A stretch of DNA of 64,000 bases from Amoebidium appalachense (GCA_963693365.1 CAVNZM010000009.1:8413408-8477407); one strand, 5' to 3'; counted from the first letter of the stretch, positions 1-52,746 are shown. Numbers and translations: made by a program. The notes: generated by a model not told the origin, from the sequence alone.

Positions 1-28139
<28,139 letters not shown>

Positions 28140-28502
28140 GGCAGTAGCTGCCCTTTACGTGGCAGAAATAAACGGCCTATAACGAGTTAGTTCTGGGCAA
28201 GAAAGTACATTCCAATCGCCAAATGGACCAAGCACGACAAGCAACCAGCAAGAACAAAGCGGGTTAGCCTGATGCTCCGAGGCAGAGATGTACGAGGGAA
28301 AAGAACGAAAAGAACTAAAGGGAAAAAACAGCTATTCCTCTCCTCGTGCCTACTCGACACGACCCCACGACCCTATAGATACTTTGATGATCCTAAGTGG
28401 GGAGGCTTTTATATCTTCAAGTGAGATGCACTTTTTTTTCAAAGTTTTGGAGCGCCGCCGCCGGTCGGACAACTTGCGGACACGAACACAGGAACAGAGG
28501 CG

Positions 28503-28510
28503 TGACGTCA
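28503..28510. promoter_or_regulatory. CRE-type palindrome TGACGTCA ~365 bp upstream of the ABCA start codon
   Basis: Exact TGACGTCA; function is inferred only. Confidence 0.3.
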
Positions 28511-29870
28511 TGATGGATGAACTGGTCACCTTAGAACGTATCATATAGAATACCCGTTTTGGCCTTCAAAATTTTCTCTTCTAGGTCTGTCGAAATCAAA
28601 AATTCGGTTTCTGTATCAGTCAACTACCAAAACCCCATGAAACAAGCGTATAATAATATTAGCTAAAAACTTTGGTAGCGTACATGGTAGCGTACATGGC
28701 AGCGGTGCGGGGAAGTATAAATTGTTTACATGATATTTGCGTTATTGACTTATTATTGTGAGAGACGAATTTTTGCTTGACCTTTTGTGATCCCATATCA
28801 GTTCTTGTCAGGGGGATTTGGTGACTCACAGAGAGCCAATCAGATGGTCGGGCAAGCGTCAGCTTCAAAAAACTAAAGGCTCACCGGCCACATACCTAAA
28901 AAAAACGTGGGTTGACCCGCAAGCACCATGCACAATAGGCACGTGTTGATGGTTCTATGTATTATTCATTGTAAAGCTTTTGTTTCTTCTTTATTACTTG
29001 GATGTTTCTTTGTGCATTGGCAGGCTATTAGGCGAGTCATCACGTACTATATGTATGATGCTGTGTGACCGTTAGATATCCACCAATCTGAGGAAGGTGC
29101 AAGTTTGAACTGTAACTGTACCGTGCACGTGGGGGCCCTTGTTGACTCAAACTTTTCGAGTAGGTGCTCCGAGTCTAACTGCGTTGTGAACTTGCGAGAG
29201 GTGGGTATATAGGGACTTTGGTTTCTATTACTTCCTAACAGGTGCTTTGACCTATAACAACTAATATTAACCGCTATTCTAGCAAATATCAATAAGAAGG
29301 GTATTTCTGTGATTTCGAATTTTCATCAGAATCTTGAATAACTTTGTATCTGAAATTCTTGGGGGATGGATGCCTTATAAACCCCTGTTTTAAGGTTAGG
29401 GGTTCTCCCGGGGCGCACCGAATTGGTCAGGAAAGCATCAAGCCAATGTGTACGTGTGATGTGTTGGTATACGCGTACGTGTGACGGCACATGCATGCAC
29501 ACCTTGAAAAGTGCTTGCGTAGGAAAAAAAATAATTGCAACTAGTTGAGAGATGAGTATACGTGCTGCAAAAAACGAATCCCGCAACAAAACCACGGCGT
29601 GTTCATGCATATTTTTTCCAAGAAGGCATATTTTTTCCAAGAAGGACATGGCCTATGGTATCCCATATCCATGCACTTCTCTTACTTACCTATAAATTTA
29701 TAATATTCAGCCCACAGTGTAGGCGCATATGATTCGGAAGCTATATTACAAAACTTCAAACTTTTTTTGTACAAATATCAGAAGGCCAAAAAGCCCAAAA
29801 AAAAAAAAAAAAAAAAAAAGGAAAAAAAAAAAAAAAAGAGGCTGCTGCAAGCTTGTTGTTCTTTACCCTT

Positions 29871-29901
<31 letters not shown>

Positions 29902-29986
29902 CGCCCCGCCTCCCCTGGGCCCCTCCCCCTGGCCCCCCTCCCCCCGTGAGGCTCCCCCCGGCCCCCCGCCCACCCCTGTCCCCCTC

Positions 29987-30017
<31 letters not shown>

Positions 30018-30067
30018 ACACACACACACCCACCCACACACACACACATACAAACACACACACACAC

Positions 30068-30163
<96 letters not shown>

Positions 30164-30404
30164 CGAGAGAGAGAGAGAGACACGCACCACCACCACCACC
30201 ACCACCACCACTGCCGCCCAAACAAATACACTCACTCACTAGTAATACCAGTTTCCCCGTGATGCTTGCCGTTCAGAACGGTCACGTGATTATTATGATC
30301 CCCCATGGATTAAATTGTATCCTACCCAATATATGTACACGGGGAACAATGTTTCCACACACGTCACACACACACACACAAACACACACACGCACACGCA
30401 CACG

Positions 30405-30592
<188 letters not shown>

Positions 30593-31925
30593 GCCAGTTC
30601 CACGTCGTCATTGTCCCGTACGCGTATTACGCATACCCACCTGGTCCACACACGGCCACACCCTCTCACCTATCTAACTCTCTCATCCCATACACCAAAC
30701 CCCATACCTCGCAACCAACCCCGGCGCTGTCCTGAAAACAAACACCCTTAATAAATTGCTCACATGCTTCTGAATATCGACCTACCCAGCCTTAAGCATA
30801 GACACATCGGCTGCTATGTAGAAGTAGTGGAAGTCTAAGGAAGAGTGGAGGGTGGTAAAGGAAAACGGAGGAGGGGGGAGGGGAAGGGGAGGTGGAGATG
30901 AAAAGAACGCACATGCTCGAGGTTGGGAGGGGGGGGTGGGGAGGGGGGGTGGGGGGAGGGGGGGGGGGGGAGGGGGGGGGTGGAGGGGGTTGGCGGAGCA
31001 CGCATGGCAGGACGCACGAAAAACCCGACAGCAGCAGAATTGGAAGATGTTCAGGCGGTGAAAAATTTGCCAGCCACTGCCAAATGCAAAAAAAAGGAAA
31101 GCAAAGGGGGGGGAAATCGTGATTCTGCCCACCACAAGACAACAAAAAAAAAAGGGGGGGGGGGGGGGGGGGGGGGGGTCTTGGTGTCCGGAAACACGAA
31201 GTCATGGATTGTTCTTACACCTTATTCTAACTCAAGTAGCATGTTTCATGCGCACAAATATCGCGAATCTCACGAATTTCAAAGTGAATGCGCAGGCTGG
31301 TATATTGGATGGGGGCGAATGGCAGGCCCGATAAGATACACCCTTTTTTTCCAAAGCCTTTTTTTTCCAGCCTTTTTAAAAGGCCGATAAGGAGGACCTT
31401 GCTGCAATATCCCAATTATGCTATTGAAATATGTAGACTAGATGAGTATCAAACACGGAGGTATCAATATTCAGCTCCGTCAGGAATTTCGATATGGATG
31501 ATCAATATAAGAACACCACGATTGCTGAGGGGTGCTGACATTACATTGTATATTTACAACATCTTAACAAACAAATCATATAATACAGCACGGAATTTCA
31601 AAGAAGCAGTTGCCTGGTGTCACACTGAAAATAAGGTTTCGTCAGAGTACTGACAAAGCACCACCGCAGTAGACTCGCGTATAGTGAGTATCATGCCAGT
31701 GATGTTACGCTTATTTAAGAATATGTCTGCCCTATGGCGTAATATTAATCTATAAAAATAAAATGGGCTGCTAAATATTTTTTCGGGCCCTTACAGCAAC
31801 ATGTAAACCGATGTACGATTGATATTATTTGAATCCAAGAAATGTATGACCTATTGCAGCAGCCCCCCTCCCTCCCCACCCCCCCCCCCCCCCCAAAAAA
31901 AAAAAGGGGGGGGGGGGGGGGGGAT

Positions 31926-31974
<49 letters not shown>

Positions 31975-32290
31975 AGGAGGAGAACAACCAACAACATGCG
32001 CGCATACCCAACGGCCCACCTCACCACCCCCACAGGCTTACTCGTGGTGTTTGGCCTCATCAATTTCTTGCTGACGTGCAAAAAGAATGAAAATCTGCAG
32101 TAACTTAGAAAACATGTTAGGCGATGCGGTTGCATGCTCATAGGGTATATATGTGCAAGTAATTACACATGCTCATGCACATCTAGAAACGGTGGTTCCC
32201 GGTTCCCGAACGGCTTAACAGCAACTAAGGCACACATTAATGTGTGTAGTGGGTTAGGGTTGAGCTTGAGAATCGGAGGGAAGGGGAGGA

Positions 32291-32322
<32 letters not shown>

Positions 32323-33075
32323 AGGCATTTGTGTGCTGGTGCATGTTGACTCACGGTGAAGTGAACCAGTCCCCTACATGTGTTAAGTAAGTTCGTTTAT
32401 GGGGATGAATAAGGGATTCGGGGAAAAGGGGGGGGGCGGGGGGGGGGGGGGGGGGGGAGGGGGGCTAGGAGTTTTTTGTTTTGTTTTTTTTGGGGGGGGA
32501 GGGGGGGGGGGGGGGGAAGAGGAGGGGGGCCGGGGAGGGGGGGGAGGGGAGGAAGTGGGGTTATAATGCTCAACAGTGGACCGGTGCTGCTCGCATCTCG
32601 CCAATCGTAAAGTGAACACCTCTTTCGGGTCTGACCGGACCCGGGATCTTAAAAGAAACCCTTTTACCGATGTGTGAGAGCTCTCTTATGTAATGATTAC
32701 CTTCCCCCCCCCCCTCCCCCCCCCCCCCCCCCACCTCCCCCCCCCCCCCCCTCTCCCCCCCCCCCCCCTCCCCCCCCCTCTCCCCCCCCCCCCCAAACAC
32801 ACACACACACACCCTAACACACACACACACACCCTACCCCACCCCTCACCCCGCCCCCAAAGCCTACAAATTCACCACCCCCTTCCTCTGTTCTTACCAG
32901 TTTCCCGTTGGTCCCCATCAAATGTTAGAAAAATAAAACAATGTGGGGATAAGTGTCGCAAAGCGAGCAACAGTACAGAACGAATGTGCAGCATGGTGCG
33001 ATCATCGTTGAAGGGGCAGGGGTAGAAAACGGGAGAATATGCAAAATGGAAAGAACTTCGGAAAGACAATAACAA

Positions 33076-33169
33076 CTACCTAAAAACACGACCTTTGAAC
33101 CACCGATCAAAGCAATACCGACACAGAGCTTTCTTTTCATTCCCCTGGAAAACCCAGACGGGAAACTCT
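33076..33169 (-). pseudogene. Orphan copy of the 3' part of the ABCA NBD1 exon including its donor site
   Basis: Highly similar to 14542-14635. Translates SFPSGFSRGMKRKLCVGIALIGGSKVVFL versus SFPSGLSGGMKRKLCVGIALIGGSKVVFL. Confidence 0.85.
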
Positions 33170-33384
33170 TGACTCCGAGCCACATATGATGATCCTTCCG
33201 GACCGACGGACCGCAGAGGGACATGCAGCTGGGATTGATATCCAGAGACGGAGACGGAGTCCCGGGCAGAATTAACCAATTCAGGGTCCGATCATATATG
33301 TTAATGTACGTGCAAGTAATTTAAATTTTGTTAAATTCAAATGTTGACCAGTCTCTATCCGTCTCTCCCCCTCCTCCCCCCTCC

Positions 33385-33422
<38 letters not shown>

Positions 33423-34279
33423 ACACACACACACCCCACATCCTCCTCGTCCGCCCACCCTTCAAATTCCCTCTTCCTCCCCAGCGGAAGAGAGAAGGAA
33501 GGGCCTCCTCTCCCTTTTTCAAATCTACTACAGTAGGATTTCTCTCTCCCCCTTTCTCTCTCTCTCTCTCTCCCCCCCTCCCCCCCCCCCCCCCTCTTAC
33601 AACAGAACCCCCCCCCCCCCTCTTACAACAGAAACCCCCCCCCCCCCTCCCCCCCCCGGGGCCCTATCCCTTTCTCTATTCCTCTCCCTTCCCCCCATCA
33701 CCCTTTAGCTTCACTATCATCGGGCTAGTACTGATTCAAAGGAGGGACCTACTAAATAATAACAGTTGAATGCACCCAGGAACCATTGAATTTCGGAATG
33801 AATGCCTCATATTTAGAAAGTTTCGATTTCTGAATTGTTACTCAGCAACAACGTCATCGGCCCCGAAAAAAATCTTCTGGTCATGACTGAACAAACGAAG
33901 TCCTCGAAAAAATATGTCTGTGATTCAATACCGAACTTTTAGGCAGTTTCCCCCCGGAAAACTCAACCTCCAGCGACCGTCCCCAGCTATCGTTCGGATT
34001 CACCATTCGAGAAAAGCCTAAGTTTCAGCTGCAGGTACATTTGAGTCGCGCTAAGTGTCAAGTCTTCTGAATCGGTGTGGAACCCTGGGGGGAACTCTTC
34101 TTTTTCTTTCTTTTTTCTTTTCTTTTCTTTTATTTTTCTTTTTTCTTTTTTTCTTTTTTTTTTTTTTGGTGGTGGTGGTTGGGGGGGGGGGGGGGGGGGG
34201 GGGGGTAAAGGGTACTCCAGGTCGTTTAAACTTGACGTTGCACTTCTCAAGTAAGCTTCTGCAGAGTCTCTATCTCTCC

Positions 34280-34313
<34 letters not shown>

Positions 34314-34752
34314 AAACTTCCCCTTCCTCCCCCTCCCCCCCCCCCCCCCTTTCACACACACACACACACTCTCTCTCCCCCCCCCCCTCCCTCCCCCCCT
34401 CTCTCTCTTTCTCTCCACCCCCCCCCCCCTCTCTCTTCCTCTCTCCCCCCCCTCTCTCTCTTTCTCTCCACCCCCCCCCCCTCTCTCTTCCTCTCTCCCC
34501 CCCTCTCTCTCCCCCAGACTGTCTATTTCTCCCCTTCTCCCCTCTCCCCGCCCCCTCCCCCCCCCCCCCCCCCCCCCCAAAAAAAATAGAATTTCCTGCT
34601 CAATGTTTCTCTCTCTCCTTCTCCCCTCTCCTGCCTCCCCCCCCCCCCCCCCCCCCCTGCCCAAAAAAAAAAAAAAAAAAAAAAAAAAGTAGAATGTTCT
34701 GCACTACCAAGTACAGACTCCAAAAATAGGCGTAGCATAGCGGCTGACAAAC

Positions 34753-34806
<54 letters not shown>

Positions 34807-35284
34807 GAATCGAGGGGGAGCAAGCACAAAACACACACGTATGTGAGAACCAACATTGAATAAGTGCACATGAGCATGCAAATATATTGCTTTTTGGCTC
34901 TGTAAAAATTTTGGGGCAAAGCTTTAGCACGTAAGGCTATGCCCTAGGTCGCTACCGTTTTCTTATAGTGTTCGAATAATTTTATTCCTTGGTTTCCAAT
35001 AGTCCACTTAGTCAAAAAGCACCAAAAAATCAAACTTATGTTCATCTTACTCGGTTTTATTCTATATGATTCGTAGCAACTACGTACAGTCCAAGCCGGA
35101 TGGTGTCCGACGACATCAAAATACGGAAATAATTCATGCACATATCTAGAGGGCATGTGCGTCTGTGTGTGTTTTTGTTTGTTTGTGTGTGTGTGTGTGT
35201 GTGTGTGGTGTGCACGTGCGCACTTGCAGTGTATACGGTGGTATGTATGTCTGTACGTGTGCATATGCATGCATGCTACTTTAG

Positions 35285-36309
35285 GCCAAAGACTCGTCGA
35301 GCTATTGGGCATAGGGCACCGGCCAAGCACACATTCTTTGGTACTCAGCCTTGCGGCATTGTCCCATTATCGATACCACGGGCCAGCCACAGTAGTGAAA
35401 ATACTCTTTGAGCACGTCAGGGAAAGAATGGACGAAATTAAAACCAGGGATAGGCTTTCTGCATTTGGGCTCCATGGCATGCCTTCACGTAGACGATGAC
35501 GCTCTCGCAACGGCATTGGCTGAGCGCCTGTCACACATGGGTAGAATTACCAACTCCTGTGTGCCCTTCTTGCTTGCCGCCACCAACCATCCTGATGCGC
35601 GAGCATGCACGAAAGAGTGACTGGCACGTGTGCATGTGGAGAACGTGCTTTCTGGTGGAGCAAACGAGGAGGTAAACCCGGAAGTAGTCACCGGCAGCAC
35701 TCTATGGTCCATGGGGGTGATTTTGGCAACCGGGGAATGCGTCGAAACCAGCGTTGTACGGGGTGTGGGGCAGCAGGCTATGTGTGTGCTGGGTGGGTGT
35801 TTGACAGCACGCAGCTGAGCGCACCAGTCTTGAAACAGATGTACCAGGCATTCCTCATGACGAAGGTCACAAACCCTGTCATTGCGCGGGAGATCGAAAC
35901 CGACGAAAGCAACAAGGAGCTGTTACTTATAAGGCCCAAAAGGTGTTTGAGCAGACTAACCTGGAAAGGACGACACGTGTAGTCGAGCGCGGCAAGTTGA
36001 ACACATTTGAAATTTTAAGGCGGGGATCAAGGGTTTGAGCTCGTTAACGAATATCTGTTAGTGCCGGATGAAGGTTATGTTGTGGATGGGGTTATTAGAG
36101 GCTCGCCGGATACGCTGCTGCTATTGGAAAACAAATACAGCTATTATGGCAACATTAACACTGCAAGGCCACTTGGAAGCACACTGTTGCGTAGGAGTAT
36201 ATTGAAAGGGTTTGGGTACGATGTGAAGGTGTTTGAAATGCCCAAGATGAGGAAGATGAGGAAGCAGAAACGTGTTGCGTATGTAAAGGGGGTTATTAGC
36301 CCTGAGTGA
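35285..36309 (+). pseudogene. RAP-domain (FASTK/OPR-like) RNA-binding protein terminal exon, disrupted by frameshifts and stops
   Basis: Acceptor ctactttag at 35284 is followed by helical-repeat-like peptides across three frames, with an in-frame TGA at 35618-35620. The C-terminal VPDEGYVVDG...RPLGSTLLRRSILKGFGYDVKVF resembles the RAP consensus. Confidence 0.55.
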
Positions 36310-37068
36310 GCGTGCTGTTGGCATGATTTGTAATTAAGATCTTTGCCCGTGAAGAGTTTCCCTCGGCGCAGTGTGGCTGCCTTCCGAACTGGCATGCCAA
36401 AGTTTTGTCTTTCTTATCAATAGTGGTTTTGATGTATATTAGTTCTTGGTCTTATCATTAAATTTATTTCGGCATGTAGTGATTCAGGTTGTTTCTATGG
36501 CCCAACCTTCTGTTACAACCTATTTTTTAGTATTTATGGTCGTTTGTATTCGTTTTGTATATGCGTTAGAAAAAGGCGATGCCTTTGTACCATGCACCAC
36601 AGTGTACGTACGTAGTTTATTTCGACGTGTGCAGGAAACCACAGTCACGATCAACTATTTCTACTGTATTTATATCGAGTGTTTTTTGCCCCCTGTAAAA
36701 TAAATGTTCCAGTTGTTTGTACATAGGAGTATTTTTCTTTTTTTGGCTCATTTAATTTTTAAAAAATTCTACACATACGGTTCAATATAAAGGCGCCGCT
36801 GTTACAAGAAATTTTTTTTTCCGTTCATACGCAGAAGTATATGGCAACTGGTTTGGCAGCCGCAGCTCAGTGGCGGACCCCCCCTCCCCCCCCCCCTCCC
36901 CCCCCCCCCCCCCCCCCCCCCCGGATCTCCCGAGGCTCCCTCCCTCCCTCATCCCACAACAATAGTACTACCTACCACGTGACAGTCACATGTGTACACA
37001 CAATGTGCTGAGTGTCACATAGTATCACATGTACGCACACACATGATGCGCGTGCGCGCGCACACGTG

Positions 37069-37114
<46 letters not shown>

Positions 37115-37400
37115 GTGTGTGTGAACACACACACTGATACACATAGGCACATACGGGTGCACGGGTGCACACAAACAAGATGAAAAGAACAAGGTATACA
37201 TGTCACCCGGAATCCGCACACTGGCCAGAAGCAATTGCTGAAGTGCACGTATATAACCTTCTCCAGCGGACCCTCCTTCTTCCTCCCCCCCCCCCCTCCC
37301 CCCTTAAAAAAAAAAAAAAAAGAATAAAAAAAAAAGGGAAAACTTTGAACCCACATACATGATATACACACAGGATTGCGCGTCTACACACCAGACTAAG

Positions 37401-37462
<62 letters not shown>

Positions 37463-38779
37463 GCGCGCGCGCACACATACACACACATGCGTGCACCGTA
37501 CACACACACACACACACACACACCGTGAACACACACACACAGTATCGTAATTACACCTCCCCGGCCCCCCCTCCTCCCCCTTGCCCCGCCACTTTATTTA
37601 ACCAACTCAATGTATTAAACGAGGTTGAGTTTGCTTATCGAACTGATTAGTTAAATCTCTCCCTATTCCAAGGCCCGACAATTTCAAGCACATCCAGTTT
37701 TATGTCTATGCACACGATCGAATCAATTGTTAGCACTCTCTGAATCGTAGTTGTCCCCGTCCCCCCCCCCCCCCCCCCCTCCCCCCCCCCCCCCCCCCCC
37801 GTTCCTCAGGAACGGGCCCTCCAGAGGCCCCCCCCCCCCCCCCCCCCCCCCCACCTGCCGTGCGTTCGAGAGGGATGGGGGGGGGGGGGGGGGGGGGGGG
37901 GATTGTGACTGGGCAAACTTCTTCCGGAAAACCGCACAACCACAGCCTCCAAATTGAACAATCTTTGCAACTACACTTTCTTTGACGTTTCAAGCTGAGT
38001 TGACCGTTCAAACACAGATACACACCTATCTGTAACCAAGTTCACACAGAAGACACCGAAACATTTTTTTATTCATCATTCAAAGTTCCGACATCTCAAA
38101 AGTTACGCAAACGGCCACAGACAGGATCTACATGGGTCATAGCTAGCAACATACGCATACGAAAATAGACGGCTGATATCGATTTACTAGGGTTTCTACT
38201 CTGTGTGTGTGTGTGGGTGTGTGTTGAGAAGAATGTACATGTGTGTGTCTGTGTGTGTGTGTGTGCTTGTGTGTAGTGTGTGTGGCTGTGTGGTGTGTGT
38301 TGAGAAGAATGTGCATGCATGTGTCTGTGTGTGTGTGCGCGCGTGTGTACGTTCGTGTCCTTGTGCGCCCGTTCCGATGTTTGCCTACTTGTGCATATGT
38401 TAGTGCCTGCCCACATTTCGCATTTCAATATAAGCGTGTGCAAATGTAGTTCAATCAAATACTACATTGTAATACTTGGCACAGTCAAAGCATGCCTACA
38501 CATCGGCGGGCTAGTCCAAACAGGGTATGGAAATACGAAAGAAGATTCATAAAATGGAGTGCCGCCGGATACATTTGTCGACAAATTACCCCCTGCCCAT
38601 ACCACGGACCAATAAAACAGTACATGCAGAAATCTGTTAACATTCATACCACCACCTTCACTTATACAGGGCATACAGTACAGCTATTTTTGGGTTCTCT
38701 TCTCATACCTCACCCCATTGGGTGGAAAATTGCAATTATCTTGTTTTTGATTGTACGAGAAGGGAAGTGGGCCCTGGTC

Positions 38780-48689
<9,910 letters not shown>

Positions 48690-49044
48690 ATTATTGGTGT
48701 CTGTGTGCAGAGAAAATGTGTCAGAAAAAATGCTTGAAAAAATATCGACACTTCATTCCACCACCACCACCAAAACGACCATTTCCCCTTTGTCGCTCCT
48801 CCCTGTTTCAGTTATCTTTGTTTACACCTCTATCATAGCACTCTTGTGAACTGGATGGTCGTGCATGCCGTGGGAATGTCTGTGCGTGCATGTGTAAAAG
48901 AGAAGGGTACTCTCCATCCTACCATACCTGCTTCTTAACCAACACAATGACAATATTGTCCACCAGTGGTAACATACTTCACGGATACGGAAACTTTCTA
49001 GAAACAAAACGGGGGGGAACCGAAGGGGGTGAGAGGGGGCGCCA

Positions 49045-49081
<37 letters not shown>

Positions 49082-50035
49082 AAGGGAGAATTTTCGAATA
49101 AACACAAAACAGATAGAGATGAAACGACAACCAACAAGAACACAACAAAAATTCAACACTGCCCTTGAATTCTCCACCCAAACACACCCACCCACCGTTC
49201 GTTCCCCATGTCGCTTATCCCCTCCCCTGCCCCCCCCCCCCCCCCCCAAAAAAAAACCCCTCCTCTCCTTGTCTTCTATACCAGTAGCACAAAAGCACAA
49301 AAAGGACCGTTGGAAGCCTTAAACAGGTTGCATGTAATCAAACCCCCCCGGCCCCCTCCCCCCCTCTCCCCCCACCACCGCCGCCACCACCACCACCACA
49401 CACGCACACACACGCACACACACAACGCACACACCACATCACTACACACCATCGGCCCAACCACATACCACCCACCTCCACCCCCACCACCCCTATGCGC
49501 CCCCTTCAAAGAAAAGGTGAGCAGTAGCCAAAGATGCCCAGCAGAAAGGGGAGGGGTGGGGATGGGGCAGGAAGAGAAGGGGGGGGGAGGGGGGGGGGGG
49601 GGGGGGAGGGGATGTATGTGTTAGAAGGTTGGGCATATGGAGGAGACAACAAAGGGCAACAGCAAAACGTCACAAGAATAAGAAACCCAAAATCAAACAA
49701 TTTAAGCGCGCAGGCACAAGACACTTGAACAGAGCCCAGGGGGGAGGGGGGAGGGGGTGCTACTCTCGAAGGAGAGCGGTAGATCGAAGGGATAGAGACA
49801 AAAGTGGCTAGCGTATGAGGGGAAACAAAACAGAATGTTAGGGAGATGCAAGGAAAACGCAGGATGGGGGGGAAGGGGGTGGTTGTAACAAAAACAGCTG
49901 GAGGGGAGGAGAATGGATGTGTGGGGAGAGTGGGTGTGTGTGCGAGTGGGTGTGTGTGGGATTGGGGGTGTGTGGCGGTGGGGGTGATGTGGGGTCGTGG
50001 GGGGAGTGAGGGAGGAAATGACATGGTGTGTAAGG

Positions 50036-50066
<31 letters not shown>

Positions 50067-50137
50067 CCCGCGCACGAGCACGCGCGCACGCGCGTGCGCG
50101 TGCGTGCGGGTGTGGGTGTGGGTGTGGGTGTGGGTGC

Positions 50138-50168
<31 letters not shown>

Positions 50169-50543
50169 GACAAGTGATGTATGGTTGTATGATCAAGGGG
50201 GTGTGAAGACTGGAATTTTAGAGCAGGGGGTCAGGCAGAAACCAAATTTTGTGTATGAGTCAGACAGATCAGAAGGGGGGAGGGAAGAGAAAAAGGCGGA
50301 GATACAGCATGCAGACAGAGGCAGGTCGGAGGGAGGGAGGGCAGGGGCGATGGGAGGTGTGGGGGTGGTGAGTGAGGGAGGAACGCGGAAGAGTGGGGCA
50401 CGAGGATGGGTCGGAGAGGAGGGGGGGGAGTCCGAGGATAAGACAGGGGGGGAGACGGAGGAACGGAGAAAGGGGGGCGGAGATGGGGGAGGGGGAGGGA
50501 GGGAGTGCAGAAGGGCGGACAAAAGGGGAAATAGTTGCAAAAA

Positions 50544-50574
<31 letters not shown>

Positions 50575-51286
50575 GGAGGGGGCCATGCGTTGCCGAGCCT
50601 TGAACAATCACTTTGAATGTTATTACAAAGCCAATGATAACATATATCTGTCATGCACATATATTCGTGCTGGTATGAGTAGTAGTTGTCAGAAAACAGG
50701 GATACCGGGGACGTACAGGCACAGATGTGCCGCGTAGGAAGGCCACAGCCGCGTGTCAGCAGTCAGCCATGTTGGTGGCGTTACAACCTGCTGGATTCTA
50801 CAAGCAAATGTGTTTTCAGCAGTAGGTCTGGGATTGAATATGACGATCGGAAGCACGATGGTGATGTGGATTGCCGTGATTTGTGTGCAGTGTTTGTGTT
50901 TGTGTTTGGCCTACATAACACGAATGGAAATGAATGTATGAAAGTACAGTTTCTGGAGCCTAAAGGAGTAAGGTGTCGTGCGTCACTCCCATCTTGTGTT
51001 GTGTGCCTCTTGTTTTCCTCTATATGTGCTCGTATGCTGGTACTATTCACTCTTTACTCCCCCCTGTGTAACTACAGATAACTCTGTGATACTGAAGTTT
51101 CCCAGCCAAACATGTTGGCGCGCATTTTGAACACAGTGGAAATGATTGGGTTTTCATTTTTGCGTAAATGCAATAGACAATAGATAGATCCGCTGATCAT
51201 CAAATGTTGGACAGGCCACCCGTCTCCCAGTGTATTCCACCATATTCATGCAAGATGTTTTGTAAAGTTATCCCATATTTTTTTTT

Positions 51287-51320
<34 letters not shown>

Positions 51321-51377
51321 TGTTCTCTTTTGTAGCGTAAGAACAAATTGGTTTGTTCGTACTCACTCTCCGGACAT

Positions 51378-51410
51378 GGCGTCAGGGATTACGTAATCTG
51401 GCTGACGTCA
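51378..51410. promoter_or_regulatory. Cluster of bZIP-type sites (TGGCGTCA, GATTACGTAATC, TGACGTCA) upstream of the SNARE gene
   Basis: Palindromes at 51387-51398 and 51403-51410, ~280 bp before the ATG at 51686. Confidence 0.35.
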
Positions 51411-51685
51411 TCATACTCATGATCCCTTGAACTTGAGACCGTCACAAACGCCGTGTGCCGGATGCTTAGTCAGTTTGAACAGTGAAAAACGAACTCCTCT
51501 CACCCCATTTATCTTTCTCTAATTCACACAGACCGTCCCAGCAACCACAACTTGAGCTGTTACAGACGGTATTATTAATACATATTTGATTCCAACAGTG
51601 CCACATATTTTAAAGCCTTACTATATATCCAAGCGGGCCAAAAAAAAAAAAAAAAAAAAAAAAAAAACTATCAAGAGCACACACC

Positions 51686-52333
51686 ATGGATTCTCAAGCC
51701 AACAACACACACAGACCCACTACTTCCGCTCTTTGGGGTGAGGTAGAAAAGTCACAAAAACCACAAATAGACAGCCTGAGCCGAACCCTCCAATACGTGA
51801 GAGAGGCAGAAGACACAGCTATCGCAACCACCCGCAAACTTGAGTCACAGAAAAAGGGGCTCGAAAACATCTCAAAAACACTGGATAAAACTCAGGAAAG
51901 CCTTGGGAGAAGCGAAAAGACACTGAACAAAATGCGTCGGTTTCCGCGTGTTTTTCGCAAAAATAAAAGCCCGAAGAAAGACTCACCTCCCGTTACAGAG
52001 AAAGCACGTTCGAGCTCAAAACCCCAGCCGTCCCCTCGAAACGAAAAAACGGAAAACATTCAGACGGAATCCACCACCAACAGTGCAGAAACGCAACATT
52101 GGAGCAAGACAGCAAGTGTCCCGTCAAAAGTGCAAGAAAACGAGAAGGAAATAGACGAAAGTTTGGATGCGGTGGGTGTGGGGATAGGCAGGTTGAAAGC
52201 GATTGCCCTCGCTATGAACGAAGAACTGGACACACAGAACAAAATGATTGACAGGGTGCACGTGGAAGTGGACAGCACAAACAGTCGGTTGAATAAGTGT
52301 CACAAGGAGACACAGGCAGTGCTACTGAGCTAA
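51686..52333 (+). CDS. SNAP-25/SNAP-29 family Qbc-SNARE, intronless, 215 aa
   Basis: Two SNARE motifs: SLSRTLQYVREAEDTAIATTRKLESQKKGLENI and ENEKEIDESLDAVGVGIGRLKAIALAMNEELDTQNKMIDRV. No transmembrane domain. Confidence 0.9.
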   Translation: MDSQANNTHRPTTSALWGEVEKSQKPQIDSLSRTLQYVREAEDTAIATTRKLESQKKGLENISKTLDKTQESLGRSEKTLNKMRRFPRVFRKNKSPKKDSPPVTEKARSSSKPQPSPRNEKTENIQTESTTNSAETQHWSKTASVPSKVQENEKEIDESLDAVGVGIGRLKAIALAMNEELDTQNKMIDRVHVEVDSTNSRLNKCHKETQAVLLS

Positions 52334-52471
52334 AGCATTTTTCTGATGTTTTTTCTTAAAAAAACTCTTTTTTATGCTCTTGCATCAGAATCTTTTTTTT
52401 GGGGGGAAAGCAATTTTGTTGGAACTGAAATTCAGATCGGACATTAATTCAACTCAGAGATGGTGTAGTAT

Positions 52472-52525
<54 letters not shown>

Positions 52526-52715
52526 CAGTGATATACCCAAAAAAAAAAAAAAAAAAAAAAAAAAAAGAAACGTGTCGGTGGGTGCCACACTTTGAGCATG
52601 CTTTGATGAGATATGTTTCTACCCCGTAATTGTTACCGAGGCTTTCCTTTCCTTTTATTCCGGGTTTGACTCGTAAAAGTTTATTGTTTTTTTTTATTGT
52701 TTTTTTTTTTTTTTT

Positions 52716-52746
<31 letters not shown>

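Noticed and set aside
33182-33300. C/D box snoRNA candidate (ATGATGA with terminal stem)
   Set aside because: No CTGA D box at the 3' end and no recognisable rRNA guide.
48890-50940. Possible small plus-strand spliced gene divergent from TADA1
   Set aside because: Candidate exons could not be joined in phase into a recognisable protein.
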